Positions 1-10,323 are shown, counted from the first letter of the stretch. The stretch is DNA of 64,000 bases from Bdellovibrionales bacterium (GCA_965205945.1 CBDBIB010000002.1:224001-288000); one strand, 5' to 3'. Translations and numbers: made by a program. Notes: generated by a model from the sequence alone, not told the origin.

Positions 1-2
1 GT

Positions 3-314
3 GAAATGCTTAGGAAGCAAAATATTTTATATGCTCCAGATTTTGTAGCAAATTCAGGTGGATTGATGAATGTATTTGTTGAGCTTGAAGGTTATAGCAA
101 AGAACGGGCTATGGACAAGGTTGAGGCCGTATATGATAATATGATGGAAGTATTTAGGGTTGCAGAAAAAAAGAGTGTGCCAACTTATAAAGCTGCTCAG
201 ATAATGGCGCAAAAAAGAATTGATATTATTGGAAAGCTTAGGCAGCATCATCAAGGGCGTAATTCTAGACCATTCTCAACTTTAAAACAAGTATTAGAAA
301 GGCAACAAGGATGA
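3..314 (+). CDS. Glu/Leu/Phe/Val dehydrogenase (probably leucine dehydrogenase), C-terminal part; gene starts before the window
   Basis: ILYAPDFVANSGGLMNV motif typical of the ELFV dehydrogenase C-terminus; frame is open to the window edge. Confidence 0.85.
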   Translation, partial: EMLRKQNILYAPDFVANSGGLMNVFVELEGYSKERAMDKVEAVYDNMMEVFRVAEKKSVPTYKAAQIMAQKRIDIIGKLRQHHQGRNSRPFSTLKQVLERQQG

Positions 315-327
315 GGAGAAATGTTAG

Positions 328-1092
328 GTGAATAATAATAGTTTAAAGAAAGATCGTGCTGAACCTAAAAAAGATATAGTAGATTATTTAGATAGCTTTT
401 CTATGTGGATAGAAAAGTATGCAAAAAATATTGTGATCTTTTTTTTAGGGTTTACTTTTGTAATAGTATCTTTTTGGGGTGTTTCTGCAATGAAATCTAG
501 AGCTTTAAATAAAGCAGCACATGAAGTTGGTATTGTAAATAGAAGAATTGACCTATTAGAAAAAGCTATATCTCAAGTTAAAGATAACGAGTCTAAGGAA
601 TTTAAGAAGAATAAAGAAGCAGAGATTATAAAAATTCATGATGAGGTGTTGTCTCTTTTATCAAAGCACTTTGATAAATCAGTTTCTGATTTTACAGCCG
701 TTCGATGGGCTTCTTATTTATTGTCTGAAGAAAAAATAGATCAAGCTTTAAAGGTTTTAAATAAATTAAATCCACAAGGAGAACGAGAACTTTCTGCTAC
801 AGGTTTATTTTTAAAAGCTTCAATTATTTCTAAGCAAGGAAATATAGAAGAAGCAATTATAGATTATGATAGAATTTTAAATGAATCTAAATGGGAAGTT
901 TTTCATGCAGAAGCTCTTATTCAAAAAGGAAGCCTTTTACAGTCTAAAGGACAAGTGGATGAAGCTATTACTTTGTTTAATCAAGCAAAAAATTTAAAAA
1001 AAGATTCAGAGTTTTCAAAGGATGCAACTAAGTATCAAAGATTACTAGAGTTGAAAAAAAAACATCCTAAGGTTTTTAAAATAGAGGGTTAA
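328..1092 (+). CDS. Membrane-anchored TPR protein, YfgM-like
   Basis: One N-terminal TM helix; TPR-like helices (GNIEEAIIDY, GQVDEAITLF); directly upstream of a BamB-like gene, as in yfgM-bamB. Confidence 0.7.
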   Translation: MNNNSLKKDRAEPKKDIVDYLDSFSMWIEKYAKNIVIFFLGFTFVIVSFWGVSAMKSRALNKAAHEVGIVNRRIDLLEKAISQVKDNESKEFKKNKEAEIIKIHDEVLSLLSKHFDKSVSDFTAVRWASYLLSEEKIDQALKVLNKLNPQGERELSATGLFLKASIISKQGNIEEAIIDYDRILNESKWEVFHAEALIQKGSLLQSKGQVDEAITLFNQAKNLKKDSEFSKDATKYQRLLELKKKHPKVFKIEG

Positions 1093-1094
1093 TT

Positions 1095-2216
1095 TTGAAG
1101 TTTTCTTATCAAACACTAATTTTAATTTTGTTAAGTTTTAATGCATACTCAAGTTTAAAGGACAAAAGTTTTTTAAAGAAGGACGAGTATCAGATAAAAA
1201 GAACTTGGGTAAGAAGGCTTGCTCCTAAAGATAGTATTAAAACTAATGAAATTTCTCAAGAATTTAATCCTTTGGTTAAAGATAATGGGAATATAATTCA
1301 AGCAACTTTTTTTGGTGGTATTTTTGAATTAAATAAATACGGTCAAAAAAAGTGGTCGTACTTTCCTAAATATCCTGTTTCAGGTGCAGGTTCTTTGTAT
1401 AAAAATTTTATTTTTTTTGGAACCCAAGATAAGTATGTACATATATATGATATGAATAATAAATCAATATTGTGGTCTACATTAATTGATGGAGCTGTTT
1501 CAGCTATATCAGATTTTAAAGATGGAAGGGTTTTTGTACTTACTGATATAGGCAGCCTTTACTCTCTTAAAGTTATTCAAAAAGTTATAGACTGGAAGGT
1601 GACACGTTCACCTAGAAAAGTTTTAAAGATTTTTGGTGGCGCAAAACCGCTCTTATATAAAGATCAAGTTCTTGTAGCTTTTCCAAGTGGTGTTGTTGCT
1701 AGTTTAAACCAGTCTACAGGAGCTTTTACTTGGGAATCTCAGCTTAAAGGGGCTCAAAAGTATGAAGATATAGATTTTCTTCTTTTATCAGAAAAAAGGG
1801 TTTTAATTGCTGGAGCCTTTGATGAAGCGTTGTATAGACTTGATTTAAAAAATGGTAAAATATTGTGGCAAGCCTATGAAAAACCTGTAAGCCCTTTTGC
1901 AGACTTTAAAGGAAATATTTATTTTTCTAATGCAAATGGAGAGCTTGTTTCTCTTGGCTTAAGTTCTGGAAATTTGGTTTTTAGAAAAAAAATATTTCAA
2001 GGCCTTGGTGGAAAACCAGTATTTTTAGACAATAAGATTATTGTTTCAGATTCTAAAGGCCCAATAAGATATATGCACAAAGATACTGGAGCAGTATTAG
2101 CAAGTTACGAGTTGATCTCATCAGTATCCTCTGACATTATTTTAAATAAAACAAAAAATAAATTTTATGTTTTAAGTGATAAAGGATACCTTTATTACTT
2201 TGGTATTAAGAAATGA
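1095..2216 (+). CDS. PQQ-like beta-propeller protein, BamB-like
   Basis: Repeated LxxxxGxxxW propeller blades (LNQSTGAFTW, LDLKNGKILW); position after yfgM-like gene. Confidence 0.7.
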   Translation: MKFSYQTLILILLSFNAYSSLKDKSFLKKDEYQIKRTWVRRLAPKDSIKTNEISQEFNPLVKDNGNIIQATFFGGIFELNKYGQKKWSYFPKYPVSGAGSLYKNFIFFGTQDKYVHIYDMNNKSILWSTLIDGAVSAISDFKDGRVFVLTDIGSLYSLKVIQKVIDWKVTRSPRKVLKIFGGAKPLLYKDQVLVAFPSGVVASLNQSTGAFTWESQLKGAQKYEDIDFLLLSEKRVLIAGAFDEALYRLDLKNGKILWQAYEKPVSPFADFKGNIYFSNANGELVSLGLSSGNLVFRKKIFQGLGGKPVFLDNKIIVSDSKGPIRYMHKDTGAVLASYELISSVSSDIILNKTKNKFYVLSDKGYLYYFGIKK

Positions 2217-2241
2217 GTTTTAATAGAGTGAAAGGGTTTTT

Positions 2242-2586
2242 ATGAAAAATTATAATGTGTTAGCTTTACTTTTTTTCCTATTTGGATGTGCATCAGGCCA
2301 TTGTGGTCGTGATGGAGAGGTTGTAAAAATGAGTTCTCTAAAAGAAAAGATTTTTGTTTATAAGTATGATAGTTCAAAACAGTGTGAAGAAAAAAAAGGT
2401 GTTGATTTAAACGATATGGCTAAAGAACTTTCGGATATAAAAATTTTTTCAATGACTAAAAAAAATGATAATCAGATTCGAGTTCAGGTTTGTGGAGCTT
2501 TAACAGGCCATGCAAATGTTTATGAGATAAAGGCTAAAGACCTAATTAAGGCAAAAGCTTTGGGGTTTAAAAAGTGGACTTTTTAA
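2242..2586 (+). CDS. Small Cys-containing lipoprotein, hypothetical
   Basis: Lipobox LFGC; KYDSSKQCE and VQVCGA motifs. Confidence 0.6.
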   Translation: MKNYNVLALLFFLFGCASGHCGRDGEVVKMSSLKEKIFVYKYDSSKQCEEKKGVDLNDMAKELSDIKIFSMTKKNDNQIRVQVCGALTGHANVYEIKAKDLIKAKALGFKKWTF

Positions 2587-2652
2587 ACTATTGTATAAAA
2601 CTTTAATTAAAGATGTTTTAAATTTAGAGAAAAAAGGAGCTCGTATTTATTT

Positions 2653-3108
2653 ATGTCTAAAGATTGGAAAGCTTTTAAAAAACCGAATAAAGAAGAGTTA
2701 AAAAATAGTTTATCTAGTATTGAGTATGAAGTTACTCAAAAAGATGGAACTGAAAAACCTTTTAAAAATAAGTATAATGAGAATAAGGATGACGGTATTT
2801 ATGTAGATGTTGTTTCTGGTGAACCTCTTTTTAGTTCTAAGGAAAAATACAACAGTGGTACAGGGTGGCCTTCTTTTTATAATGTAATTAAGGGTATGAG
2901 TGTTAAAGAAGTTAAAGACAGGAAGTTTTTTAGAGTTCGAACTGAAGTACGTTCTAAAATAGCGGATTCTCACTTAGGGCATGTTTTTAATGATGGTCCT
3001 AAACCAACAGGAAAACGGTATTGTATGAATTCAGCAGCGTTAAGGTTTATCCCAAAAGCTAACCTAGAGTCTGAAGGCTATGCAGAGTTTTTAATTCTAT
3101 TTAAATAG
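2653..3108 (+). CDS. msrB: Peptide-methionine (R)-S-oxide reductase
   Basis: GTEKPF, GTGWPSF, HLGHVFNDGP, RYCMNSAAL motifs. Confidence 0.97.
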   Translation: MSKDWKAFKKPNKEELKNSLSSIEYEVTQKDGTEKPFKNKYNENKDDGIYVDVVSGEPLFSSKEKYNSGTGWPSFYNVIKGMSVKEVKDRKFFRVRTEVRSKIADSHLGHVFNDGPKPTGKRYCMNSAALRFIPKANLESEGYAEFLILFK

Positions 3109-3130
3109 GAAGGTTATTATAAATATATAT

Positions 3131-4675
3131 TTAAGGATTAGATTTTTCCATATATATAGATTGTGATGGAAAAGCAAAATCAACATTTAAAGTTTCAGCT
3201 AAGTGCTTTATCTGTAATAAAATTTGTTCTTTTGCTTGTAATTCATCTTTATAATCTGAAACTTTTAAGAAAAAATATAAAAGAATTTCTAAAGAGCTGT
3301 CTCCAAATTTTTTAAAAGAAATGTAATACTTATCTTTTCTTGTTAAAGGAGAGCTGTCGATAATAGCTCTAAGTCCTTTTGTGAATTCTTTAAGTTGTTC
3401 TTCAGAAGTAGAATAAGTAAGGCCAAGGGTTTCTACTGTTCGTCTGTATTGGCGCCTTCCAAGGTTATCAATATCATTATTAGCAACTTTTGAATTTGGA
3501 ATAACAATTTGTGAATCATAAAATGTTCTAACTCTTGTTGACCTAAAACCAATTTCCTCAACAGTCCCTTCAAGGTCATTTATTTTAATCCAATCGCCAA
3601 CTTTAAAAGGTTGATCAAATAAAATCATTAAAGAGCCAAAGAAATTTGCAGCAGTATCTTTTGCTGCTAAAGCTATAGCTAGACCTCCAACACCAAGACC
3701 AGCCAGGAGAGAAAAAACATTCACTCCTAGTCCCTCTATAATTGTGAGTGCAGCAAGTACAATGATGATAATCTTTGATGTTTTACTAATTAGAGGAACA
3801 AGGCTATCATCTAGATCAGATTCAGTTTTTGCTGTGATTTTTTTTAAAGCTTCTTCAACGGGTGTGATTAGGCAGTATAAAAGCCAGAAACAGCCAATTG
3901 AGACAAGAACTTTAGTTAAAGAGATCCAAATAAATTTAGCGTTGCCATTAAGAGCTATTTGAACTCCAACAGCTTTTAAGAAGAATGCAGAAATAAAAAT
4001 TGATATAGGTTGTATAAGTGCTGTTGTTACTTTAAAACGAAGGGTTTTTTTTCGAAAAAAGAAAATCTTTAATATGTTAAGGAGCCAAATTGAAATATAG
4101 TAAAGTGCAAATGCTGAAATAATTGCTAAAAAAATCATAATCCATTGAATTTGTGTAACTTCAAAAATTTTTATAAGATTTCCTTTTGGCAGATTTAACT
4201 CAAGCCAAGTTAATTTATGACTCGCCCCAGGAAAAGGTATATTTTTTAAGTAAGGCTTTAAAGATAATGAGTTATAGTCTATTTGTGCACGCTCTAAAGA
4301 GTAATTTGATATATAATACCAGTTGTTAATTTTTACGAAAAAAATATTTGTTCCTTTTAATCGGTTATTCTCAAATATAGGGTTAGAAAACTGGTTTGTG
4401 CGATCAATAATTTCTTTTAAAAGTATGGCTTTATCTTCTAAATAAGAAATTGTGTAATTAGTGGATTTATTTAAAGAAGGCTGAAGCACTTCTAGAGCGT
4501 CTTTTATACGTAGCTTTAAGTCCTTATTGTCAATTTTTATTCCTTTTGAATAGTCAGACATGGCATTGTAAAAGGTATTAAAGCTAGCTTTAGGAGAGGA
4601 GAAATCTACTTTATTAAAGGATTTTGATTGTAAGGGAAGTATTAAGAATATAGTTAAAAAGTATAATTTTTTCAT
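3131..4675 (-). CDS. Mechanosensitive channel, MscS family, with N-terminal periplasmic domain
   Basis: LLAGLGVGGLAIALAAKD, PFKVGDWI, GTVEEIGFRSTRVR, FAFPSQ. Confidence 0.93.
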   Translation of the reverse strand: MKKLYFLTIFLILPLQSKSFNKVDFSSPKASFNTFYNAMSDYSKGIKIDNKDLKLRIKDALEVLQPSLNKSTNYTISYLEDKAILLKEIIDRTNQFSNPIFENNRLKGTNIFFVKINNWYYISNYSLERAQIDYNSLSLKPYLKNIPFPGASHKLTWLELNLPKGNLIKIFEVTQIQWIMIFLAIISAFALYYISIWLLNILKIFFFRKKTLRFKVTTALIQPISIFISAFFLKAVGVQIALNGNAKFIWISLTKVLVSIGCFWLLYCLITPVEEALKKITAKTESDLDDSLVPLISKTSKIIIIVLAALTIIEGLGVNVFSLLAGLGVGGLAIALAAKDTAANFFGSLMILFDQPFKVGDWIKINDLEGTVEEIGFRSTRVRTFYDSQIVIPNSKVANNDIDNLGRRQYRRTVETLGLTYSTSEEQLKEFTKGLRAIIDSSPLTRKDKYYISFKKFGDSSLEILLYFFLKVSDYKDELQAKEQILLQIKHLAETLNVDFAFPSQSIYMEKSNP

Positions 4676-4928
4676 GTATAAAGTTTATTAAGGTTTTTAC
4701 TAGCGATCAAATGATTTTATTAAAACCATTAATATAATAAGAATATGAGGATTGCTTGCAATTGTAGATATGGATATACAATAATCAAATGTTTTTATTA
4801 ATTTAGATTTAAGAGTGTAATAGCTTAAAAAAACTTTAAAAGTGATTTTTTTACTATCTTTTAGGCTGCAATTCACATTTTTAGTTTCTAAAATTTAAGA
4901 TTTTTACTCATTAAAAGATAAATTAGAA

Positions 4929-5876
4929 TTATATGTTTAGATTGTTTATTTCTTTTTTTATATTATAAACTTGAGATTTTAAAAGGTTAACAATTTTTTT
5001 TTGAGAGCTTCTTTTTGATTGAAGGCTTGTAATTTTAAAATCAATAAGAGCTCGTTTGTGAACAACAGTAGGGTCGGTAGAGTGTTTAGCAAGTCTACTT
5101 AAAGCAAATTGTGCATCTTGAAGGTCATTTCTAATATGTTCATAATTTTTATTTTCAAATGTGAGAGTAGTTTCCTTATCTTTTAAAATTTTTTTCAAAA
5201 ATGTTTTACGGCCTTTATTAAAGTTTGTTTTAAAGGTAAGTCCAGAGGATAAACATCTTTTAGGAAAATCACTGCCTTTTTCACCGATTTTAATCCCATT
5301 TTCAGGAGAGCAGAAGTATTTTTGACCTTTTGTATAGCCAGAGCTATAGCTTAAATAGCTTATACATCGTTCATCTTGATTATTATTAGTAAAACCATGT
5401 TCATAGCCTTTATCTTTTGAGCAGTACTCTTTTTTACCTTTGATGTAACCTGTCATGTATGCAGAAAAAGAGGTACAAAGAATATGTTTAGATTTTAGAG
5501 CAAAACCATCTTTGACTCCATTTTTTGTTGAGCAAAAAGATTTTAAGCCTTTTTTGTAAGCCTTAGTGTAGTTTACAACAGTTTTACAATTGTTAATGAT
5601 TTTTTCTCCCTTAGTTCCACCATTTAAGCCTTTAGTTTTAGAACAAAAGATTAAAAGGCCTTTTTTATAGCTAGAGGTGTAATCAGATGTAGGAATTTGA
5701 ATTTTTTGCTTAATGCAGGCTTCATTGTAGTAGTTAGCAAAGCTACGTTTTCCCAAGCTTCCTTCTTGGTAGCCAAGGTTTGAAAAGTTGGTTTGAGTAC
5801 ATGTTTTTTTGTTCCAACGACCTACACAGCCTGATAACATGTTTAGACCTATTAGGGTTAAAAGTATAAGCTTCAT
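4929..5876 (-). CDS. Lipoprotein with tandem DUF2799-like Cys repeats and C-terminal coiled coil
   Basis: Lipobox LSGC; four 37-38 aa repeats YxKGxxx(F/Y)CSxxxG. Confidence 0.7.
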   Translation of the reverse strand: MKLILLTLIGLNMLSGCVGRWNKKTCTQTNFSNLGYQEGSLGKRSFANYYNEACIKQKIQIPTSDYTSSYKKGLLIFCSKTKGLNGGTKGEKIINNCKTVVNYTKAYKKGLKSFCSTKNGVKDGFALKSKHILCTSFSAYMTGYIKGKKEYCSKDKGYEHGFTNNNQDERCISYLSYSSGYTKGQKYFCSPENGIKIGEKGSDFPKRCLSSGLTFKTNFNKGRKTFLKKILKDKETTLTFENKNYEHIRNDLQDAQFALSRLAKHSTDPTVVHKRALIDFKITSLQSKRSSQKKIVNLLKSQVYNIKKEINNLNI

Positions 5877-6054
5877 TTTCGTATTCTAATCCTCTTAATA
5901 TATTTTTTTTTGTAAATAAATATATGTATTTATATAAATATTTTATCTCAGATAAAAGCTTCTTGATCTAGGAAAATAGAGGCTAAATATTGACATTAAG
6001 CAGCTTTTAGTTGAATGTTTTTCTTTAACACTAAGAATTTGGGGATTATATAAA

Positions 6055-6360
6055 GTGGCAAAGATTTCAATGATTAAGAAAAATGAGCAAAAATTAATAG
6101 TTGTTAAGCGGTATGATGAGAAAAGAGCCGTATTAAGGGCTGTTATGCAGGATCCGAAGGCATCGTTTCAGGAGAAAATGGAGGCTCAAAGAGCTTTTGC
6201 AAGGCTTCCAAGAAGATCTATGAAGAGTCGAGTGACTAATAGATGTGCTGTTACAGGTCGTCCAAGAGGGTTTTTAAGAAAATTTGGTCTTTCAAGAATT
6301 GCATTTAGAGAAATGGCTAGTAAGGGTCTTCTTCCAGGAGTGATAAAATCTAGCTGGTGA
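6055..6360 (+). CDS. rpsN: 30S ribosomal protein S14, long zinc-independent form
   Basis: MAKISM...[26 protein letters not shown]...PGVIKSSW; 101 aa with a single Cys. Confidence 0.97.
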   Translation: MAKISMIKKNEQKLIVVKRYDEKRAVLRAVMQDPKASFQEKMEAQRAFARLPRRSMKSRVTNRCAVTGRPRGFLRKFGLSRIAFREMASKGLLPGVIKSSW

Positions 6361-6503
6361 TGTTTTTTTAAGTATTTTAAATAGATTTTTAAAGCTCTTA
6401 AGCATAGATATTTTTTTTATGTGTGTATTAGTAATTTCTTCATCTTAAATCTAGGTTAGTGTATCTTAGTTTTTGATTGTGATTCCAATGCTAAAGGGGA
6501 GCC

Positions 6504-8723
6504 ATGAAGAATAAAATTATATATACTAAAACAGATGAGGCGCCAGCACTGGCAACACAATCTTTTTTACCAATTGTTAAAACCTTTACAGCTACAGCAG
6601 GTATTCAAATTCAGACTCGTGATATTTCTTTAGCAGGAAGAATAATTGCAAATTTCCCTGAGAATTTAAAAGAAGAGCAAAAAATAAAAGATGCATTGGC
6701 TGAGCTTGGTGAATTAGTAAAAAATCCAGAAGCTAATATTATTAAACTTCCTAATATTAGTGCTTCAGTTCCACAGCTTAAAGCCGCCATTAAAGAACTT
6801 CAAGACAAAGGCTATGACATTCCAAATTTTCCAGAAGAGCCAAAGACTGATGAAGAACAGGAGTTAAGAGAACGATTTTTAAAAATTTTAGGAAGTGCTG
6901 TAAATCCTATTTTAAGGCAAGGAAATTCTGATAGAAGAGTTGCAGCTCCCGTAAAACAGTATGCAAAAGATAATCCTCACTTAATGGGGGAGTGGGTAAA
7001 GGATTCAAAATCCCATGTGTCTTATATGAAAAGTGGTGATTTTTATGGATCTGAAAAATCTGTATCTGTGGATCAAGCAGTAGATGTTAGAATTGAGCAC
7101 ATTGATTCAGTTGGTTTAGTTACTGTTTTAAAGGAGAAAATACCGCTTTTAAAAAATGAAATTATTGATTCATCAGTTTTATCTTGTAAGGAGCTTAAAA
7201 AGTTTTTTCTAAAAGAAATTAAGAGCGCGAAGGAGGAAAATGTTCTTTTGTCTCTTCATATGAAAACTACAATGATGAAAGTGTCTGATCCTATTATTTT
7301 TGGACATGCGATTAAAATTTTTTTTAAGGATGTTTTTTCAAAATTTGAAAGTATTTTTGAAGAAATTGGTATAGACGCAAAAAATGGCTTAGGAGATCTT
7401 TTTAATAAGATTCAAAAACTTTCTAAAATACAGCAAAATAAAATTAAAAATGAAATTAAAATTGCTTATAAGAATGGACCAAAGCTTGCCATGGTTGACT
7501 CAGATAAAGGAATTACAAACCTACATGTTCCAAGTGATGTGATTATTGATGCCTCCATGCCAGCAGCCATTAAAACTTCAGGCAAAATGTGGGGGCCTGA
7601 TGGAACACTTTTAGATACAAAATATATGATACCAGACCGTTGTTATGCTAAGATTTATGAGGAGATAATTTCTTTTTGTAAAGAAAACGGAGCTTTTGAT
7701 ATTACAAAAATGGGCAGTGTTTCAAATATAGGTTTAATGGCACAAAAAGCTGAGGAATATGGTTCACACGATAAGACGTTTGAAATATCTAAATTAGGAT
7801 TAGTGAGAGTTGTAGATGCCTTAGGTATTGTATTAATGGAACATAAAGTTGAAGCTGGTGATATTTTTAGAATGTGTCAAACAAAAAAAGAGCCTATTAA
7901 AGACTGGGTTAGACTTAGTGTCGTTCGTGCTAGAGCAACAGGTATTCCTACAGTTTTTTGGCTTGATGAAAATCGAGCTCACGATATTAATTTGATTAAA
8001 AGAGTTAAAGAACATTTAAAAGAGCAGAATACTCAAGGGCTAGAAATTCAAATTTTATCACCAGTTAAAGCAATAAATTATACTTTAAAGAAAGTTAAAG
8101 AAGGTAGAGATGTGATCTCTGTAACAGGAAATGTATTAAGAGATTACCTTACAGACCTTTTTCCCATTTTAGAACTTGGAACAAGTTCTAAAATGTTGTC
8201 TATTGTGCCTTTATTAGCTGGTGGGAGTCTTTTTGAAACAGGTGCAGGTGGATCAGCTCCAAAACATGTTCAACAGTTTGTTAAGGAAAATCATTTGCGC
8301 TGGGACTCTTTAGGAGAGTTTTTAGCTCTAAGTGTTTCAATTCAAACTTTAGCTAAAAAAAACAACAATGAAAAAGCTCTGATTTTAGCAAAAGCCTTAG
8401 ATGATGCAAATGGGAAGTTTTTAAGAACCAACAAATCACCATCAAGAAAGGTTAGAGAACTTGATAATAGGGGAAGTCATTTTTATCTGGCAATGTATTG
8501 GGCTGAGGCTCTAGCAGCTCAAAGTATTGATGATGAATTAAAAATTAAATTTTCTCAAATTTTTAAAATACTTAAAAAAGCTGAAAATACTATTATAAAT
8601 GAGTTAAATTTAATTCAAGGAAAAACTGTTGATATAGGGGGGTACTTTCTTCCAAATGATGAATTGGTATTAAAAGCAATGAGACCAAGTAAAACATTTA
8701 ATACTATTTTAAAAAGTATATAA
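6504..8723 (+). CDS. icd: Monomeric NADP-dependent isocitrate dehydrogenase
   Basis: [53 protein letters not shown]; 739 aa. Confidence 0.97.
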   Translation: MKNKIIYTKTDEAPALATQSFLPIVKTFTATAGIQIQTRDISLAGRIIANFPENLKEEQKIKDALAELGELVKNPEANIIKLPNISASVPQLKAAIKELQDKGYDIPNFPEEPKTDEEQELRERFLKILGSAVNPILRQGNSDRRVAAPVKQYAKDNPHLMGEWVKDSKSHVSYMKSGDFYGSEKSVSVDQAVDVRIEHIDSVGLVTVLKEKIPLLKNEIIDSSVLSCKELKKFFLKEIKSAKEENVLLSLHMKTTMMKVSDPIIFGHAIKIFFKDVFSKFESIFEEIGIDAKNGLGDLFNKIQKLSKIQQNKIKNEIKIAYKNGPKLAMVDSDKGITNLHVPSDVIIDASMPAAIKTSGKMWGPDGTLLDTKYMIPDRCYAKIYEEIISFCKENGAFDITKMGSVSNIGLMAQKAEEYGSHDKTFEISKLGLVRVVDALGIVLMEHKVEAGDIFRMCQTKKEPIKDWVRLSVVRARATGIPTVFWLDENRAHDINLIKRVKEHLKEQNTQGLEIQILSPVKAINYTLKKVKEGRDVISVTGNVLRDYLTDLFPILELGTSSKMLSIVPLLAGGSLFETGAGGSAPKHVQQFVKENHLRWDSLGEFLALSVSIQTLAKKNNNEKALILAKALDDANGKFLRTNKSPSRKVRELDNRGSHFYLAMYWAEALAAQSIDDELKIKFSQIFKILKKAENTIINELNLIQGKTVDIGGYFLPNDELVLKAMRPSKTFNTILKSI

Positions 8724-8777
8724 ATCTAGTTTATAAGTTTTTTTTAAGGTTAAGCCACTAAGAAGGTTTAAATAAAA

Positions 8778-8805
8778 AAAAGCATTAAACTTAATTAATG
8801 CTTTT
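8778..8805. terminator. Probable bidirectional intrinsic terminator between convergent genes
   Basis: AAAAGCATTAA-ACTTAA-TTAATGCTTTT inverted repeat; stem is AT-rich. Confidence 0.45.
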
Positions 8806-8879
8806 AAAACTTTAATGATGATCTTTAAAGACAGAGTTAATGTCTAGAAAATCTCATGTACTTAGACGATTCATCCTAT

Positions 8880-9299
8880 TTATTGGCCATCATATTCAAG
8901 ATCAGGATCTCCTTCTAATCCAGCGTCTCTAATAGTTTTAATAACTGTAGAAAGTGCATGAAAAACGAATCGAACACTTTCAGCAACTACGTATGTTATA
9001 CCCTTAACACCTTTAGTAACTAAGCCTAGACTTTCAGTAATTAAGTATGTTACACCATTAATGGTGCATACCACAACATTACCAGTACCAGTGACTATAG
9101 CTTCTGGAAAGTATAGATTACCTTCAATTTCGTCATACTCTCCAACAGATTCACAAAACGCTCTAGCTCTCTGCACTAAATTCTGGTTACTTTTTTCCTG
9201 GTTTGTATACTCAAGGTCTGCATGCTCAAAATTAATTGCAAAAGCTGGGAAACCTGCCCATAAAATTGATGCCATTAGTATTGTTATTATTTTTTTCAT
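8880..9299 (-). CDS. Secreted hypothetical protein
   Basis: Signal peptide ending AFA; SD-like AAGGAG upstream; internal amphipathic repeat. Confidence 0.65.
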   Translation of the reverse strand: MKKIITILMASILWAGFPAFAINFEHADLEYTNQEKSNQNLVQRARAFCESVGEYDEIEGNLYFPEAIVTGTGNVVVCTINGVTYLITESLGLVTKGVKGITYVVAESVRFVFHALSTVIKTIRDAGLEGDPDLEYDGQ

Positions 9300-9553
9300 T
9301 CTTTTTCTCCTTTTTTTTTACTTATATTCAATCTCTTCCGAATTAAAGAGTTGAGCATAGTGTTTTTAACAAATGCGACTTTATTTTAAAAAGTGTCATA
9401 GAATCAACTTGAAAACATACTTTTATAAAATATACATAAAAAAACTATTATTTAGACAGTATGGTTTTATTATAATATGCAGTTCACACAAGAACTCTAG
9501 ATCTAGCATAAGGAGTTTTTGGTGAAAAGGATTTTTTTAAATACTTTAACCAA

Positions 9554-9583
9554 TTGCGATTTTTAATTGTAAAAGTCTAGAAT
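9554..9583 (+). promoter_or_regulatory. Sigma70-type promoter for the tRNA locus
   Basis: TTGCGA-18 bp-TAGAAT, 26 bp upstream of the first tRNA-like sequence. Confidence 0.5.
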
Positions 9584-9609
9584 TGTTGCTGTAAAACACA
9601 TAGTGATGA

Positions 9610-9675
9610 GCCTCGGTGGTGGAATTGGTAGACGCGCTGGATTTTGAATCCAGCAAAGGGCCTTAGGAGAGTTTG
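9610..9675 (+). pseudogene. Truncated Leu-type tRNA pseudogene with TTG anticodon
   Basis: GCCTCGG acceptor 5' strand; D arm GTGGTGGAATTGGTAGAC identical to the neighbouring tRNA-Leu; anticodon arm CTGGA-TTTTGAA-TCCAG; similarity ends at GAGAG-TTTG with no 3' T-stem, acceptor 3' strand or CCA. Confidence 0.8.
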
Positions 9676-9782
9676 TAAAGTATTATAGTTAAGGAGATTT
9701 TTTAAATTTTTGGTATATAAATTCAAACGGATTGGTAGAATTGTTTACCAGAAAAATAAATAGATTGAGTAAGGGCAATTAT

Positions 9783-9869
9783 GCCGATGTGGTGGAATTG
9801 GTAGACACGTTGGATTCAAAATCCAATGGTAGCAATATCGTGCGAGTTCGAGTCTCGCCATCGGTACCA
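9783..9869 (+). tRNA. tRNA-Leu(CAA)
   Basis: Acceptor GCCGATG/CATCGGT, anticodon arm TTGGA-TTCAAAA-TCCAA, long variable arm, T arm GCGAG-TTCGAGT-CTCGC, A73 and encoded CCA. Confidence 0.97.
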
Positions 9870-10323
9870 AAGCATTGCAATTACTTGTCTTTTTAAAATC
9901 ACTAAAAAATCTATTGGTATAAAGTTATGGGCAAAGTTTTAAAACCCATATTCAAAAAGAAAAAACCAAACAAAGTACTTATTTTCGACGACACCCTTAT
10001 AAGGAGATAATTTTTTTAGGGTAGGGGTGTCATTACTTGTAGTAGGTATTAATTGGTAAAAATGTGTAGATAATGCTTAAAAAGTTAAGTTTACCATGAA
10101 AATCTGTTATTTAAGATCTGCTGAGATCTATTTAAAGGGGTGCTTAAAGTTTTTACTACATGTGATAGGTGTATTTAGGTAACAGTGCAAAAAGTTCACA
10201 CAATAATAACATATTTATACTAGGAAGATATCTCATTGTAGTTTCTTTTAGAAAATGATAAAAATTAAGCAACCTTTAAGGCTAAAGCCTTGGAATTTGT
10301 AATTATAATATAGAGGAGTTTTA

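Noticed and set aside
9611..9667. T-armless tRNA fold pairing CCTCGG with CTTAGG
   Set aside because: Only 5 of 6 pairs including G-U, and no CCA; simple truncation is more parsimonious
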